DNA from: a virus
Lineage: Duplodnaviria; Caudoviricetes
Strand: one strand, 5' to 3'
DNA: 51,222 bases
IMG/VR virus record: IMGVR_UViG_3300033067_000202
Span: 1 to 51,222 of that record
Shown: positions 28,720 to 37,179 of the stretch, piece after piece
Layout of the letters: the number at the start of each line of letters is the position of its first letter
Numbering within the stretch: the stretch's first letter is position 1
The notes under the pieces: generated by a model
What the model was told of the DNA's origin: nothing
What the model saw: the letters and a program-made list of their open reading frames with translations, nothing else
The model's database searches: none
Position numbers and translations under genes: made by a program

Positions 28720-29464
28720 TATGATATAGAGTTTGATATTTATAGGTTACAGGTAAGCCTAAATATTTTTCTTTATTATCCCATATCTCTTTACGTAACT
28801 TCTTACTATAACCTGTACCTACAGTAGCATTATCTAATATCAATGCACCTAAAGTATTCTTACCTATTTTAGTACCTTTGAATAACTGCTCTTTAAAGCC
28901 TATTACAACACCTTCAGTATCTTTAAAGCGTTTATACTTCAAGAGTTCTCCATTAGTACTTGTACCCTGCTTATAAGGCTTATCTGAAGCCCTAATCATT
29001 ATACCTTCATAACCATGAGCTACATATTGATTTTCTATTAATTGAAGGTTAGATAAGTCTGTAATTTCATTGGTTGATATTAGTCGTATATATGGTTTAT
29101 CATCTTTAATAGTTTCAATTAAGTCAACAATTTTATTATATCGTTCTTCATAATTACCTTCAGTTATATAATCAAACACTACATAAAAGAAATCAGGCTC
29201 ACCTTCTTCTGACATTATAGCAGATTGAGTATCACTAAAGTCCATATCTATTCCGGCTATTACAAGCTCACCATCTAAACCATCAGGTAATCCTGCCAGT
29301 AAACTCTGTATGGATTTATTAGGAATAGCTTTAAACTCTTTAGATACAGCTTCACCATTAACTATAAGACAACGAATACCGTCTAGCTTAGGCTGAACTA
29401 ATACAGGAAATTTAACATCCTCTAGTTTGTCTAGAGTAGCAGCTAACATGGCACGTTTATTCAT
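28667..29464 (-). CDS. ATP-dependent DNA ligase
   Basis: QPKLDG, LDGEL, VFD, EGIMIR, LLKYK, RFP; probable start at 29464. Confidence 0.92.
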   Translation of the reverse strand: MNKRAMLAATLDKLEDVKFPVLVQPKLDGIRCLIVNGEAVSKEFKAIPNKSIQSLLAGLPDGLDGELVIAGIDMDFSDTQSAIMSEEGEPDFFYVVFDYITEGNYEERYNKIVDLIETIKDDKPYIRLISTNEITDLSNLQLIENQYVAHGYEGIMIRASDKPYKQGTSTNGELLKYKRFKDTEGVVIGFKEQLFKGTKIGKNTLGALILDNATVGTGYSKKLRKEIWDNKEKYLGLPVTYKYQTLYHSGKPRFPVFKGFRLEAI

Positions 29465-29485
29465 TAAGTTCTCTTTCATATAAAT

Positions 29486-29757
29486 GCTATACAGCCCCAC
29501 CACCCGCTGTATAACGTGCAGGAGTCCAACACATCCCGCCCCGGACTATAGCCCTTATAGGCCAGACTATAGCCACTAGCAACTAAGCGTACCCTATTTC
29601 CGTCTTAGTGCCTGTACCTCTAATAATAACGATATGCGTCCCATCCTCTACCCCATATCCGCAAGCCCAATGTGCACGGCCAGCTCCGATTTCGCGATAC
29701 GCTAGTACATATCCAAACCATCTCACAGAAACCCTTTAACCTAGTCGGGTGGAGCTA
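29486..29757 (-). ncRNA. candidate structured RNA (~270 nt) upstream of DNA ligase
   Basis: GC-rich intergenic region with nested complementarities AGCTCC/GGAGCT, CGTGCA/TGCACG, GATATG/CATATC, ACTAAG/CTTAGT and TATACAGC/GCTGTATA. Confidence 0.55.
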
Positions 29758-29925
29758 TTCTTTAGGTTCTTCTAATAGTTTATTTATTATTTCATATAAC
29801 TGAGAAACTAATATTTGACTTAAAGTATAATCTTCATATTTATCTGGTAAAGGTGAACTAGAAGTCCATTTAACCTCCAACTCACCTTTATCATTGTCCT
29901 CAATTTCTACTACAGTCTTAACCAT
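29755..29925 (-). CDS. 56-aa hypothetical protein (not in track)
   Basis: MVKTVVEIEDNDKGELEVKW...; TAATG coupling. Confidence 0.55.
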   Translation of the reverse strand: MVKTVVEIEDNDKGELEVKWTSSSPLPDKYEDYTLSQILVSQLYEIINKLLEEPKE

Positions 29926-30065
29926 TACTTTTTAACAGTAGTATCTTTAGCTACATGAACCTGTTCCTGCTGAGTAATAGTCTTACCCACGATAGGATAC
30001 TGGTTATCTACAGCTGCACCTGTTGCAAAACCCATAGCTACTGCTAGCAAAACACCAAAAAACAT
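29925..30065 (-). CDS. 46-aa secreted/membrane peptide (not in track)
   Basis: TAAGGAG SD; MFFGVLLAVAMGFATGAA. Confidence 0.6.
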   Translation of the reverse strand: MFFGVLLAVAMGFATGAAVDNQYPIVGKTITQQEQVHVAKDTTVKK

Positions 30066-30078
30066 AATATACTCCTTA

Positions 30079-30234
30079 TTAATTAATACGTTTATATGCA
30101 GCTATTAAATCAGTCCCTAACGCTCTGCATACTATTATTTGCTCAGGGAATCCACTTTCATCTTTACAGTCTTTATGTTTATGAAATCTATAGTAAGGTT
30201 TAACTACTTTACATTTAGTACATTTACGCTCCAA
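30079..30234 (-). pseudogene. endonuclease remnant: N-terminal zinc finger joined to a short tail
   Basis: GAGG SD and TTG start; RKCTKCKVVKPYYRFHKHKDCKD resembles HNH N-termini, but there is no catalytic core. Confidence 0.5.
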
Positions 30235-33178
30235 TATTAATTACCTCACAGTAACCAGCTACGCAACTAAGCTCTTGCGTACCTGTAGTAGTATCTTCTT
30301 TTTCATATTCAGATAATTCAGTCCAATCAATAGCTTCTGGCATCTTAGCTAATAAGGCTTCATATTCTTCTTTAGTACATTCCTGATACGGAGCTTGTTT
30401 ATATGTATGTTCTGAATGAGGTAAGAAACTAATACCTGATACTTCATCAAAATGGTCATATACCCATGCACCTACAGTAAGCCAATCAGCATCCTTAACA
30501 TTAATAGTGACTGAAGGTTTATGCTCACACCAATGACGCTGAAATAACAGCCATTCTTGTAAATGTCTAATTGAACTTAATTGATTCCTAGTAACAGCAC
30601 CTTCAGGAGCTTTTTGAGGGAAACTAAAGATTACTGTATCGTTAGGTTTCATTACACAAGGTTCATTAGGAATACCTTTAGCAATCATGAAAGTAGTTAG
30701 AGGGTCTTTCTTATCTCCCCGAACAGTTCTAATATAATACTCAGAGTGACGAGGATGAATACCACTGGCTGAATCTACAAGTTGAGATACTGTACCACTA
30801 GGTTTAACACAAGTAATAGCTGTACTAGGATTAATTTTTAAGTGTGCAGCTAGGAATACGTTAGTAGTTATAGCAACTTGTTTAAGTGACCCAAGCATTT
30901 CTTTAGATAGGTTATCATTATCCATAATACCTGTCATTGATACACCAAGTAACCGTTCTTCTTCTGTGTTATCTTTCCATATCCTACGGAGATATTTAAA
31001 GTCAGTTAAAGTAGATTGAAATGTACCTAGAATAGTGGCTAGACGTACTTTCTCAGCTAATGTTTCATAGGTGTCATTATGACGTACCACTACTTCTGAG
31101 AGGTTACAGAACTGATTAGGACGGAGTATTATTTCCGAACAGTTTCCTGTAATGCAATGTGGTAAAGCAAAACAATGTGTTTTATCGTCTACAGAAATAT
31201 CCCATACATCTTCTTTTAAATCTGTTTTAATTACAGAAATTACTTTAATTTTATCATCCAGATGCTCTTTAGTATTTTGAATTAAAGCCTGTAATTTACT
31301 TGCTTTAGCTGTATGGGTTATGGTAAATAATTCAGCAAACCTTTTAATAGATTTTTGGTGGCTTATCTGTAGGTCATATCTTGTATAAGTTTTATTATAC
31401 TCTTTACCATTAGGAAATTTAACATCAGAATTACTTGTTACTTTAATTGAGGATTTAATACCATAAAAACCTAATAAATCAGATACATCTTTAGCTAATT
31501 TTTCATGTGATGTAGTTAGCAGTATTCTATCAGAGAAACATCCATCCGACGAAAATAAACCATCAATAAAGGCTTTACGATATGCCTCTGAAGCATTGCT
31601 CCACAAAGATGCAGGTAAACCTTTAGATTTATGCTCCATGTTAAATTTTGTAAAAGCATCTCTAATTTCTTGGTTATTAATATTTAATTCATTTTTATTA
31701 GATAGGTCTGCCGTGCAATTATACCTAGTTAAAAATGAATTAATAGAAGGTGTTATATTGTTTTCTTTATCTGAAGCAGATACAATAATTCCTATTTGTT
31801 TGCCTGTAGGTCTTTCAGTTATCCAGCCATCCCCTAGGTTCCACCCCATAAAAAACCCATCAATAGCATCTCCATCTATTCCAAAAGTCAATTCATTATG
31901 TTTAGATATAGGCAATAGACTACCTACTTTAATATCTGGGGTATTAATTTTTACATAAGAATTTGTTTTACTATTATATACAGGCCATTTATGTTCGGCA
32001 GTAGCGTAATATTTATGTCCTCCTGCAAGAGTTATTTCCCATAAAGGTTTGTCTTTGCCAGATAGCCAACATTTTGCAGGAGAAATTTCTCCATTAAGGT
32101 TAGTTACAGTAAACTCTTTATCTTGTAGTTCTTCAATAGGAAATATACCTTCAGAAGTCCAAACTTTAGTGCCTTTACGTAATGAGGGATTAGTTCCCCA
32201 TTGATGATTAGGGTCACGGCGACCATTCTTAGCTGCTTGACGTTTAGCTGCATCCCTATTAAATATACCACGCTCACCTGATTGAGATTGTATCAATGCA
32301 GTCCATTCTTTAAGGAAGGTTAGAACATCTGGCTTGCGAGTATAAGTAGCAGAGTTATTAGCCAATGCCCTCTGTCCTTCAAAGTCCCACCAACGTCCTG
32401 ATTTAGCATCTTGCATATCCCTATCATTAAGATTAGATAGACTAATAAGAGCTGACCTACGAACACCACCAACTACTACAATATCAGCAATCTTACATAC
32501 GATATCATGTGCTTCAAGTGGAGTTAGTTTACGTCCAGCAGCACCTCTAAACTTCTCTACAGTAAACTTAAAGAGAGCATCTAATGGTGCTGGCCCAGAT
32601 GACCTACCACCAAATGTCTTTAACCTAGCACCAGCAGGGCGTAGTTTAGTTAAATCCCATGTAGGTACTTGGCCTGCATATAACATAGCTATAAGCTCAC
32701 GGAAAGCCTTAGCCCACCCACCTTTAGAATCATCCACAATGATAGTAGTGCTTGAATCCTCAAAGTGTTCATTAACTATTGGGAGCTTATCAATAGAGTT
32801 CTGTTCGACAGAGAAGCCTACACCAGTACCATTCATAAGAATGTAAAGTATTTCATCAAAGGCTCTAGGATGGTCTATAGATAAGTAACAACAATTATAC
32901 CCAGCCACATGATACTTCTCTAGTGCTTCCCCTGCGGTCATTAAGGCGCGCATTGAAGGCATTACTTCTAGGTTGTAGATAGCATCAAATAGTTGCTTAT
33001 GTAGTATTGTACCTATTTCATACTTAAAGTTTTCTTTAAGATGTTTAGTCATAAAGTCAAGATAACGTGTTACAGTTTCAGCCCAATCTTCACGACGGTT
33101 TTCTTCTGGTAGCCAACGAGCATAACGTGACTTGAATATAAATTCTTGGAACATGGTAGGAAAACTACTCATTAGCAT
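30224..33178 (-). CDS. nrdJ: class II (B12-dependent) ribonucleotide reductase containing an intein
   Basis: YNC, GTGVGFS, GGVRRSALISL, TNP|CSEI, TCVKPSGT, C-terminal CxxGxC; no beta-subunit gene present. Confidence 0.9.
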   Translation of the reverse strand: MLMSSFPTMFQEFIFKSRYARWLPEENRREDWAETVTRYLDFMTKHLKENFKYEIGTILHKQLFDAIYNLEVMPSMRALMTAGEALEKYHVAGYNCCYLSIDHPRAFDEILYILMNGTGVGFSVEQNSIDKLPIVNEHFEDSSTTIIVDDSKGGWAKAFRELIAMLYAGQVPTWDLTKLRPAGARLKTFGGRSSGPAPLDALFKFTVEKFRGAAGRKLTPLEAHDIVCKIADIVVVGGVRRSALISLSNLNDRDMQDAKSGRWWDFEGQRALANNSATYTRKPDVLTFLKEWTALIQSQSGERGIFNRDAAKRQAAKNGRRDPNHQWGTNPSLRKGTKVWTSEGIFPIEELQDKEFTVTNLNGEISPAKCWLSGKDKPLWEITLAGGHKYYATAEHKWPVYNSKTNSYVKINTPDIKVGSLLPISKHNELTFGIDGDAIDGFFMGWNLGDGWITERPTGKQIGIIVSASDKENNITPSINSFLTRYNCTADLSNKNELNINNQEIRDAFTKFNMEHKSKGLPASLWSNASEAYRKAFIDGLFSSDGCFSDRILLTTSHEKLAKDVSDLLGFYGIKSSIKVTSNSDVKFPNGKEYNKTYTRYDLQISHQKSIKRFAELFTITHTAKASKLQALIQNTKEHLDDKIKVISVIKTDLKEDVWDISVDDKTHCFALPHCITGNCSEIILRPNQFCNLSEVVVRHNDTYETLAEKVRLATILGTFQSTLTDFKYLRRIWKDNTEEERLLGVSMTGIMDNDNLSKEMLGSLKQVAITTNVFLAAHLKINPSTAITCVKPSGTVSQLVDSASGIHPRHSEYYIRTVRGDKKDPLTTFMIAKGIPNEPCVMKPNDTVIFSFPQKAPEGAVTRNQLSSIRHLQEWLLFQRHWCEHKPSVTINVKDADWLTVGAWVYDHFDEVSGISFLPHSEHTYKQAPYQECTKEEYEALLAKMPEAIDWTELSEYEKEDTTTGTQELSCVAGYCEVINIGA
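31142..32185 (-). mobile_element. intein with LAGLIDADG homing endonuclease (348 aa)
   Basis: Starts SLRKGT and ends ITGN before the +1 Cys; ATAEHKW, GWNLGDG, FIDGLFSSDG, VWDISV blocks. Confidence 0.9.
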
Positions 33179-33587
33179 ACCTCCATGCAGTCATAGCACT
33201 TTTAAAGTTAAGTATTTTAGCTACTTGATGGTAATATAAATTCTGGGCTTTCAATTCTTTTGCTTTCTTTACTAATTCTTGATTATGAATATTTCTGATG
33301 GAGCCTAAACCTTTTAGTTTATTATAAATTGGATTATGTTCTTTTATCCATATCTTTTCTATTTGCTTAGCTTTGTCTTTAGTCAAATTTTTATCTATTA
33401 CAAAGACCCAATCAGTTGGTATAAAACCATTTTTACCTAAGTCTATAAGGTGTTGGTAATGACCTTCTTGACTTCTGTGGGTACTTCTAAACGTCCATGC
33501 CCTATCATATTTACCGTGACCTATATAAATAGTTTCAGTTGTGGTAGGGTCTATATGTGCATATACATAATAGATTGGTAAAGTCAT
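33165..33587 (-). CDS. GIY-YIG-like endonuclease with C-terminal HTH
   Basis: YYVYAH...YIGHG...RA, IEK.WI, P.YN. Confidence 0.75.
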   Translation of the reverse strand: MTLPIYYVYAHIDPTTTETIYIGHGKYDRAWTFRSTHRSQEGHYQHLIDLGKNGFIPTDWVFVIDKNLTKDKAKQIEKIWIKEHNPIYNKLKGLGSIRNIHNQELVKKAKELKAQNLYYHQVAKILNFKSAMTAWRYANE

Positions 33588-33805
33588 TAATTTCTTTCTT
33601 TTATATGTAATGTAACACCAGCAATAGTAAGTTTTGAGTGTGATATACTTTGTCTAAAATTCCAGTCTTGATATAACAGTTCCATAAATTCTATGGGTAC
33701 AGAAACATCAGCAGAACCACTTTTAGCTTTATTTAAAATCCATTGATACGGAGTAAAATTAGAATCTTTTGTATAGCCTATCTTTTTACCATACATTAAT
33801 ATCAT
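33587..33805 (-). CDS. hypothetical protein
   Basis: ORF with AAGGA SD. Confidence 0.55.
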   Translation of the reverse strand: MILMYGKKIGYTKDSNFTPYQWILNKAKSGSADVSVPIEFMELLYQDWNFRQSISHSKLTIAGVTLHIKERN

Positions 33806-33809
33806 AACT

Positions 33810-34058
33810 TTATTCCTTTAATAAATCTAATTTAGCCTGTTCAAGTAACCATAATGCTGTTGATACAGTAAAAGGTTCATCATTGTTAGGTTTATAAATA
33901 TTTAAAACACCATTAGGCCCACTTCCATAAGACCAGAAAGGTTTAGTAGAAGGTTTTAATGGTAATATATTATTCTTTTCCAACGGTAGGCTTAATTGGT
34001 TTTCCAAGGTAGTATTTCCATTTCTTCTTATCTGCTTTGCTGTGAGATTCTTCAGCAT
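33810..34058 (-). CDS. hypothetical protein (start uncertain)
   Basis: LWLLEQAKLDLL C-terminus is common in podovirus replication arms. Confidence 0.55.
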   Translation of the reverse strand: MLKNLTAKQIRRNGNTTLENQLSLPLEKNNILPLKPSTKPFWSYGSGPNGVLNIYKPNNDEPFTVSTALWLLEQAKLDLLKE

Positions 34059-34866
34059 ATACTAATTCTGGATGACACTTATATTTATAACTACAGAAAC
34101 CACAAGTTGCATTGAGATGTTTATTACCTGTTAGTTTCTTATTAAATGTTTCTTCAACTACACCTTCACAAGGAGGTAGCTCATTAGGTTTAGTCATTAT
34201 CCATTTAATTTTATCTTTAAGTGCTTGGGCTTGTCTAACTAACCAATCAAAATATTCCTTACCTTTAGGGGTTTCAACTAGTTTAATCCTACCATCAGAT
34301 TTATCAATAACAATCCACCCAGCAAACCTAGACTTATCAGCAGTCCCATACCCAGCTCCTTGTCCGACATAACCGAAGGGGTCATCAGCTTCCATAGTAG
34401 CAAGTGATACAAACTTATTATCGAAAGACCAAGAACTAGCAGATTTAACATCCCATATTTCTCCATCTATTTTGATATCATATGAACCATTAACCTTAAG
34501 TCTTTTACCTTCATCATATTCAATGTCGGCTGATATTTTTTGATTAGTAGTAAGATTAAGTCCAGATGCTTTAAGTAGAAACACTAAGAAGGATTCCCAC
34601 ATGTAGCCATACGTCATTTTAAGACGCATCTGAGCATCCATGATTGACCTACCATAAAGTTTCTCTAGTAATAATTGACGTAGTGGTTTTCCTATATTAG
34701 ACATCCTAATACTGAACGGTTCCTCACTACGCTTGACGAGAAGACACTCTCGAAGGGCTTTTTTACAGTTGTCCCCAAATTCTTCAATAAAAGAATCTAA
34801 TTCTTCTGGGGTTCTGTCTTCAATATTCTCTAAGAATACTTGTATAGCTTGTTCTATCTTGTGCAC
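33970..34866 (-). CDS. PD-(D/E)xK Cas4-like exonuclease
   Basis: RMSNIGKPLRQL, GSYD...WDVKS, DPFGYVGQ, CGFCSYKYKC. Confidence 0.85.
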   Translation of the reverse strand: MHKIEQAIQVFLENIEDRTPEELDSFIEEFGDNCKKALRECLLVKRSEEPFSIRMSNIGKPLRQLLLEKLYGRSIMDAQMRLKMTYGYMWESFLVFLLKASGLNLTTNQKISADIEYDEGKRLKVNGSYDIKIDGEIWDVKSASSWSFDNKFVSLATMEADDPFGYVGQGAGYGTADKSRFAGWIVIDKSDGRIKLVETPKGKEYFDWLVRQAQALKDKIKWIMTKPNELPPCEGVVEETFNKKLTGNKHLNATCGFCSYKYKCHPELVYAEESHSKADKKKWKYYLGKPIKPTVGKE

Positions 34867-34884
34867 TTAAATCTTTCTATATAA

Positions 34885-34955
34885 ACCCTACAGGCAGAGG
34901 AATTGAACCTCACTACTCTCTACAGTTTCAGCGCATACACCAAGTCCTGTAGGGT
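34885..34955 (-). ncRNA. tRNA-like element with T-arm
   Basis: 10-bp terminal stem ACCCTACAGG/CCTGTAGGGT; GAGG-TTCAATT-CCTC T-arm; TTGGTGTA D-loop-like strand. Confidence 0.6.
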
Positions 34956-35023
34956 ATTTCATATAAGTAATTAAAGTTTTTAAAAGTGGTTATCCTTTAC
35001 TCCACTTAACGACAAGCTATCTC

Positions 35024-35305
35024 TTAACCAAACTTAACTGGTTCAGTGGCTTCTTGTGAATCTACCTTTAAAACACCACTCATATAATTGAAGAACACAT
35101 CAGCCAACTGTACAACTGAAGTCTGGTTAGTCTGAAAGGCAAACTGTGGAGCAGAATGAATAATTGAAGCACCCAATAGAGCAACAGCTTTTAGGACAGC
35201 ATCAGTAACACCAACAAGATTATTAGATATATCATTTGATTGAGTTACCAGAACTGGTGTTGTAATAGCTTTATTAGTTACTTTTTTAGCTTTAGTAGAA
35301 GTCAT
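35024..35305 (-). CDS. hypothetical protein
   Basis: ORF with AGGA SD. Confidence 0.6.
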   Translation of the reverse strand: MTSTKAKKVTNKAITTPVLVTQSNDISNNLVGVTDAVLKAVALLGASIIHSAPQFAFQTNQTSVVQLADVFFNYMSGVLKVDSQEATEPVKFG

Positions 35306-35317
35306 TAGGTTATCCTA

Positions 35318-35611
35318 TTATTTAGAGTTTAGTTGGGCAACAGCAGCTTCAATAGCACCACGAACTGCTACAGTAGTATATTTAATTCCATTAGATGCAA
35401 GTACGCCTACAACGGCATGAAAAGCATTTTGGAATTTGGTCTCACTAGAACCTCCACTAGATTCAGATGCCTTTACAGCAGCTAGAGCAGCTTCGGTTAG
35501 TATCTTACCACCAGATTCAGTAATTGATTTTGCTAGAGGTGCTAAGAATGAACCACTAACAAAGTTTACTACACTGTGGAAAGCATTTTGGATTGATTTT
35601 TTAAACGACAT
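35318..35611 (-). CDS. hypothetical Ala-rich helical protein
   Basis: ORF with AAGGAG SD. Confidence 0.65.
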   Translation of the reverse strand: MSFKKSIQNAFHSVVNFVSGSFLAPLAKSITESGGKILTEAALAAVKASESSGGSSETKFQNAFHAVVGVLASNGIKYTTVAVRGAIEAAVAQLNSK

Positions 35612-35622
35612 TTAATTACTCC

Positions 35623-36453
35623 TTAGAATGGAAGTTCATCATCAGAAGCATTAACAGGAGTTACATCCTTGAGAGTGCTGTCAATAATTTCAGATTCAGT
35701 TTTAGTGGCTCTAGCAGCATTATATTGGGCTACTATACCTTCATTTTCAGTACGTACAAAATCATGTACTGTTTCATCGTGTTTAATAATATCAGGAGTT
35801 AATCGCAATACTTTACTCATATCAGGAGTAATATTAACATCCCAGTATTTTGTACCTTCAGGTTGATTGGTCTCAAGTTTAAAATTATATTGACTCATTA
35901 GTTTGTCTTTAGGAACAGACTTAAAGGCATCAAGTATAGTTTTAATTTTAGTGCCACGAATACGATAACGACATGGAATTTCTTCATCACCAAAAGTAGC
36001 TATACCAAAGATATCAACATAAACATCTCCTAGAGACTTTACAGCAGCTTTTTCTTCAGCAGAATACTGAGCACCAAACTTACGTCCAAGAGCTATGCCA
36101 CCTAGGTTATCATAGAGAACAGCACTATAATCTTTGAAGTATACAGACTGTCCTGCTATATTCCATTTACCACTAGCATCTTGTGAATACCTAATGATTT
36201 TATTGAAGTATGTAATAGGACGGAATAGAATCTCTCCATCAAAGTATTTATCAGTACCTTTTATGTGCCATCCACCTATTGGACGACGTACACCATCAGA
36301 GTCTTTAGCCTGTTCGTTAATTACTAGGGAATTTGGGCCAGTGTAAGTGCTTTGACCACGACCTTCTTCTTGTTTAACTTTATTAATATATGCCTGTTCT
36401 TCTGGGGAAATAACCATTACTTCCTTAGATTCTACAGTTTTTGCTTTTGACAT
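35623..36453 (-). CDS. putative single-stranded DNA-binding protein
   Basis: Acidic DDELPF C-terminus; has its own promoter; lies between polymerase and exonuclease. Confidence 0.7.
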   Translation of the reverse strand: MSKAKTVESKEVMVISPEEQAYINKVKQEEGRGQSTYTGPNSLVINEQAKDSDGVRRPIGGWHIKGTDKYFDGEILFRPITYFNKIIRYSQDASGKWNIAGQSVYFKDYSAVLYDNLGGIALGRKFGAQYSAEEKAAVKSLGDVYVDIFGIATFGDEEIPCRYRIRGTKIKTILDAFKSVPKDKLMSQYNFKLETNQPEGTKYWDVNITPDMSKVLRLTPDIIKHDETVHDFVRTENEGIVAQYNAARATKTESEIIDSTLKDVTPVNASDDELPF

Positions 36454-36482
36454 TTGTTTTTATCTCCTTATTAAGTTTGATT

Positions 36483-36511
36483 AGTATACTACAACTTTAG
36501 GTAAAAGTCAA
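36483..36511 (-). promoter_or_regulatory. sigma70-type promoter
   Basis: TTGACT-17 nt-TATACT upstream of the SSB gene. Confidence 0.8.
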
Positions 36512-36530
36512 GCACTAATTTTAAAAATCT

Positions 36531-36863
36531 TTAATTAAATCCTATTCCATTATATAAACCAGCAAGTGTGTCACCTGAACCACCACCAGAAGTAGTACTT
36601 ACAGGCGTAGAGGCTACCAGCTCAGCACTACCAGCACCTTTAGCTACTAACTCTAAACATATGACAGGAAAGGCATAAGCATAATCTAGAGACATCCTAT
36701 GAATACCTTTATGACATACTCCGTGGTCATTAGTAACTATATGTACTTCACCATCATCTATATATCTATCCATAGCATTAGTCCAATTTTCATCTTCATA
36801 GACCCAATATAAGACTTTGACTTTATCTCCAATTTCTATCATACCCATCTCTCCCCATTCCAT
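36531..36863 (-). CDS. small SH3/KOW-like protein, paralog family
   Basis: IGDKVKV...W...MD. Confidence 0.6.
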   Translation of the reverse strand: MEWGEMGMIEIGDKVKVLYWVYEDENWTNAMDRYIDDGEVHIVTNDHGVCHKGIHRMSLDYAYAFPVICLELVAKGAGSAELVASTPVSTTSGGGSGDTLAGLYNGIGFN

Positions 36864-37171
36864 CTTATTTGACGACCTGATATATCTCTGGATACTAATC
36901 CACCTGTTGCAAAATCCACTCTTATAGGTTCAGGTCTAGGTTCTGGTATAGATTCTTCTACTAATTCCAGTGACTTAACATCAAACATCCATTCATTTGG
37001 TCTAGTATTTAACCTAACTTTCTTAGTATTACCAAACCTACTGATAATCATATATAAGTTACCATCACCTACATGTTCGTCCATATCTTCATTCCAATCA
37101 CTTTGGTCATAAGCCTTTCGGACTACTTTAACTATATCACCATATTTATATTTATATGCTTTAACTGCCAT
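36839..37171 (-). CDS. small SH3/KOW-like protein, paralog family
   Basis: YGDIVKV...WNEDMD. Confidence 0.6.
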   Translation of the reverse strand: MAVKAYKYKYGDIVKVVRKAYDQSDWNEDMDEHVGDGNLYMIISRFGNTKKVRLNTRPNEWMFDVKSLELVEESIPEPRPEPIRVDFATGGLVSRDISGRQIRWNGERWV

Positions 37172-37179
37172 ATTAATCC

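Noticed and set aside
29486-29757. Cobalamin riboswitch, group I intron or permuted tmRNA
   Set aside because: No B12 box; the TATAGTCC resemblance lacks the other group I core elements; no T-arm precedes AGCTCCACC.
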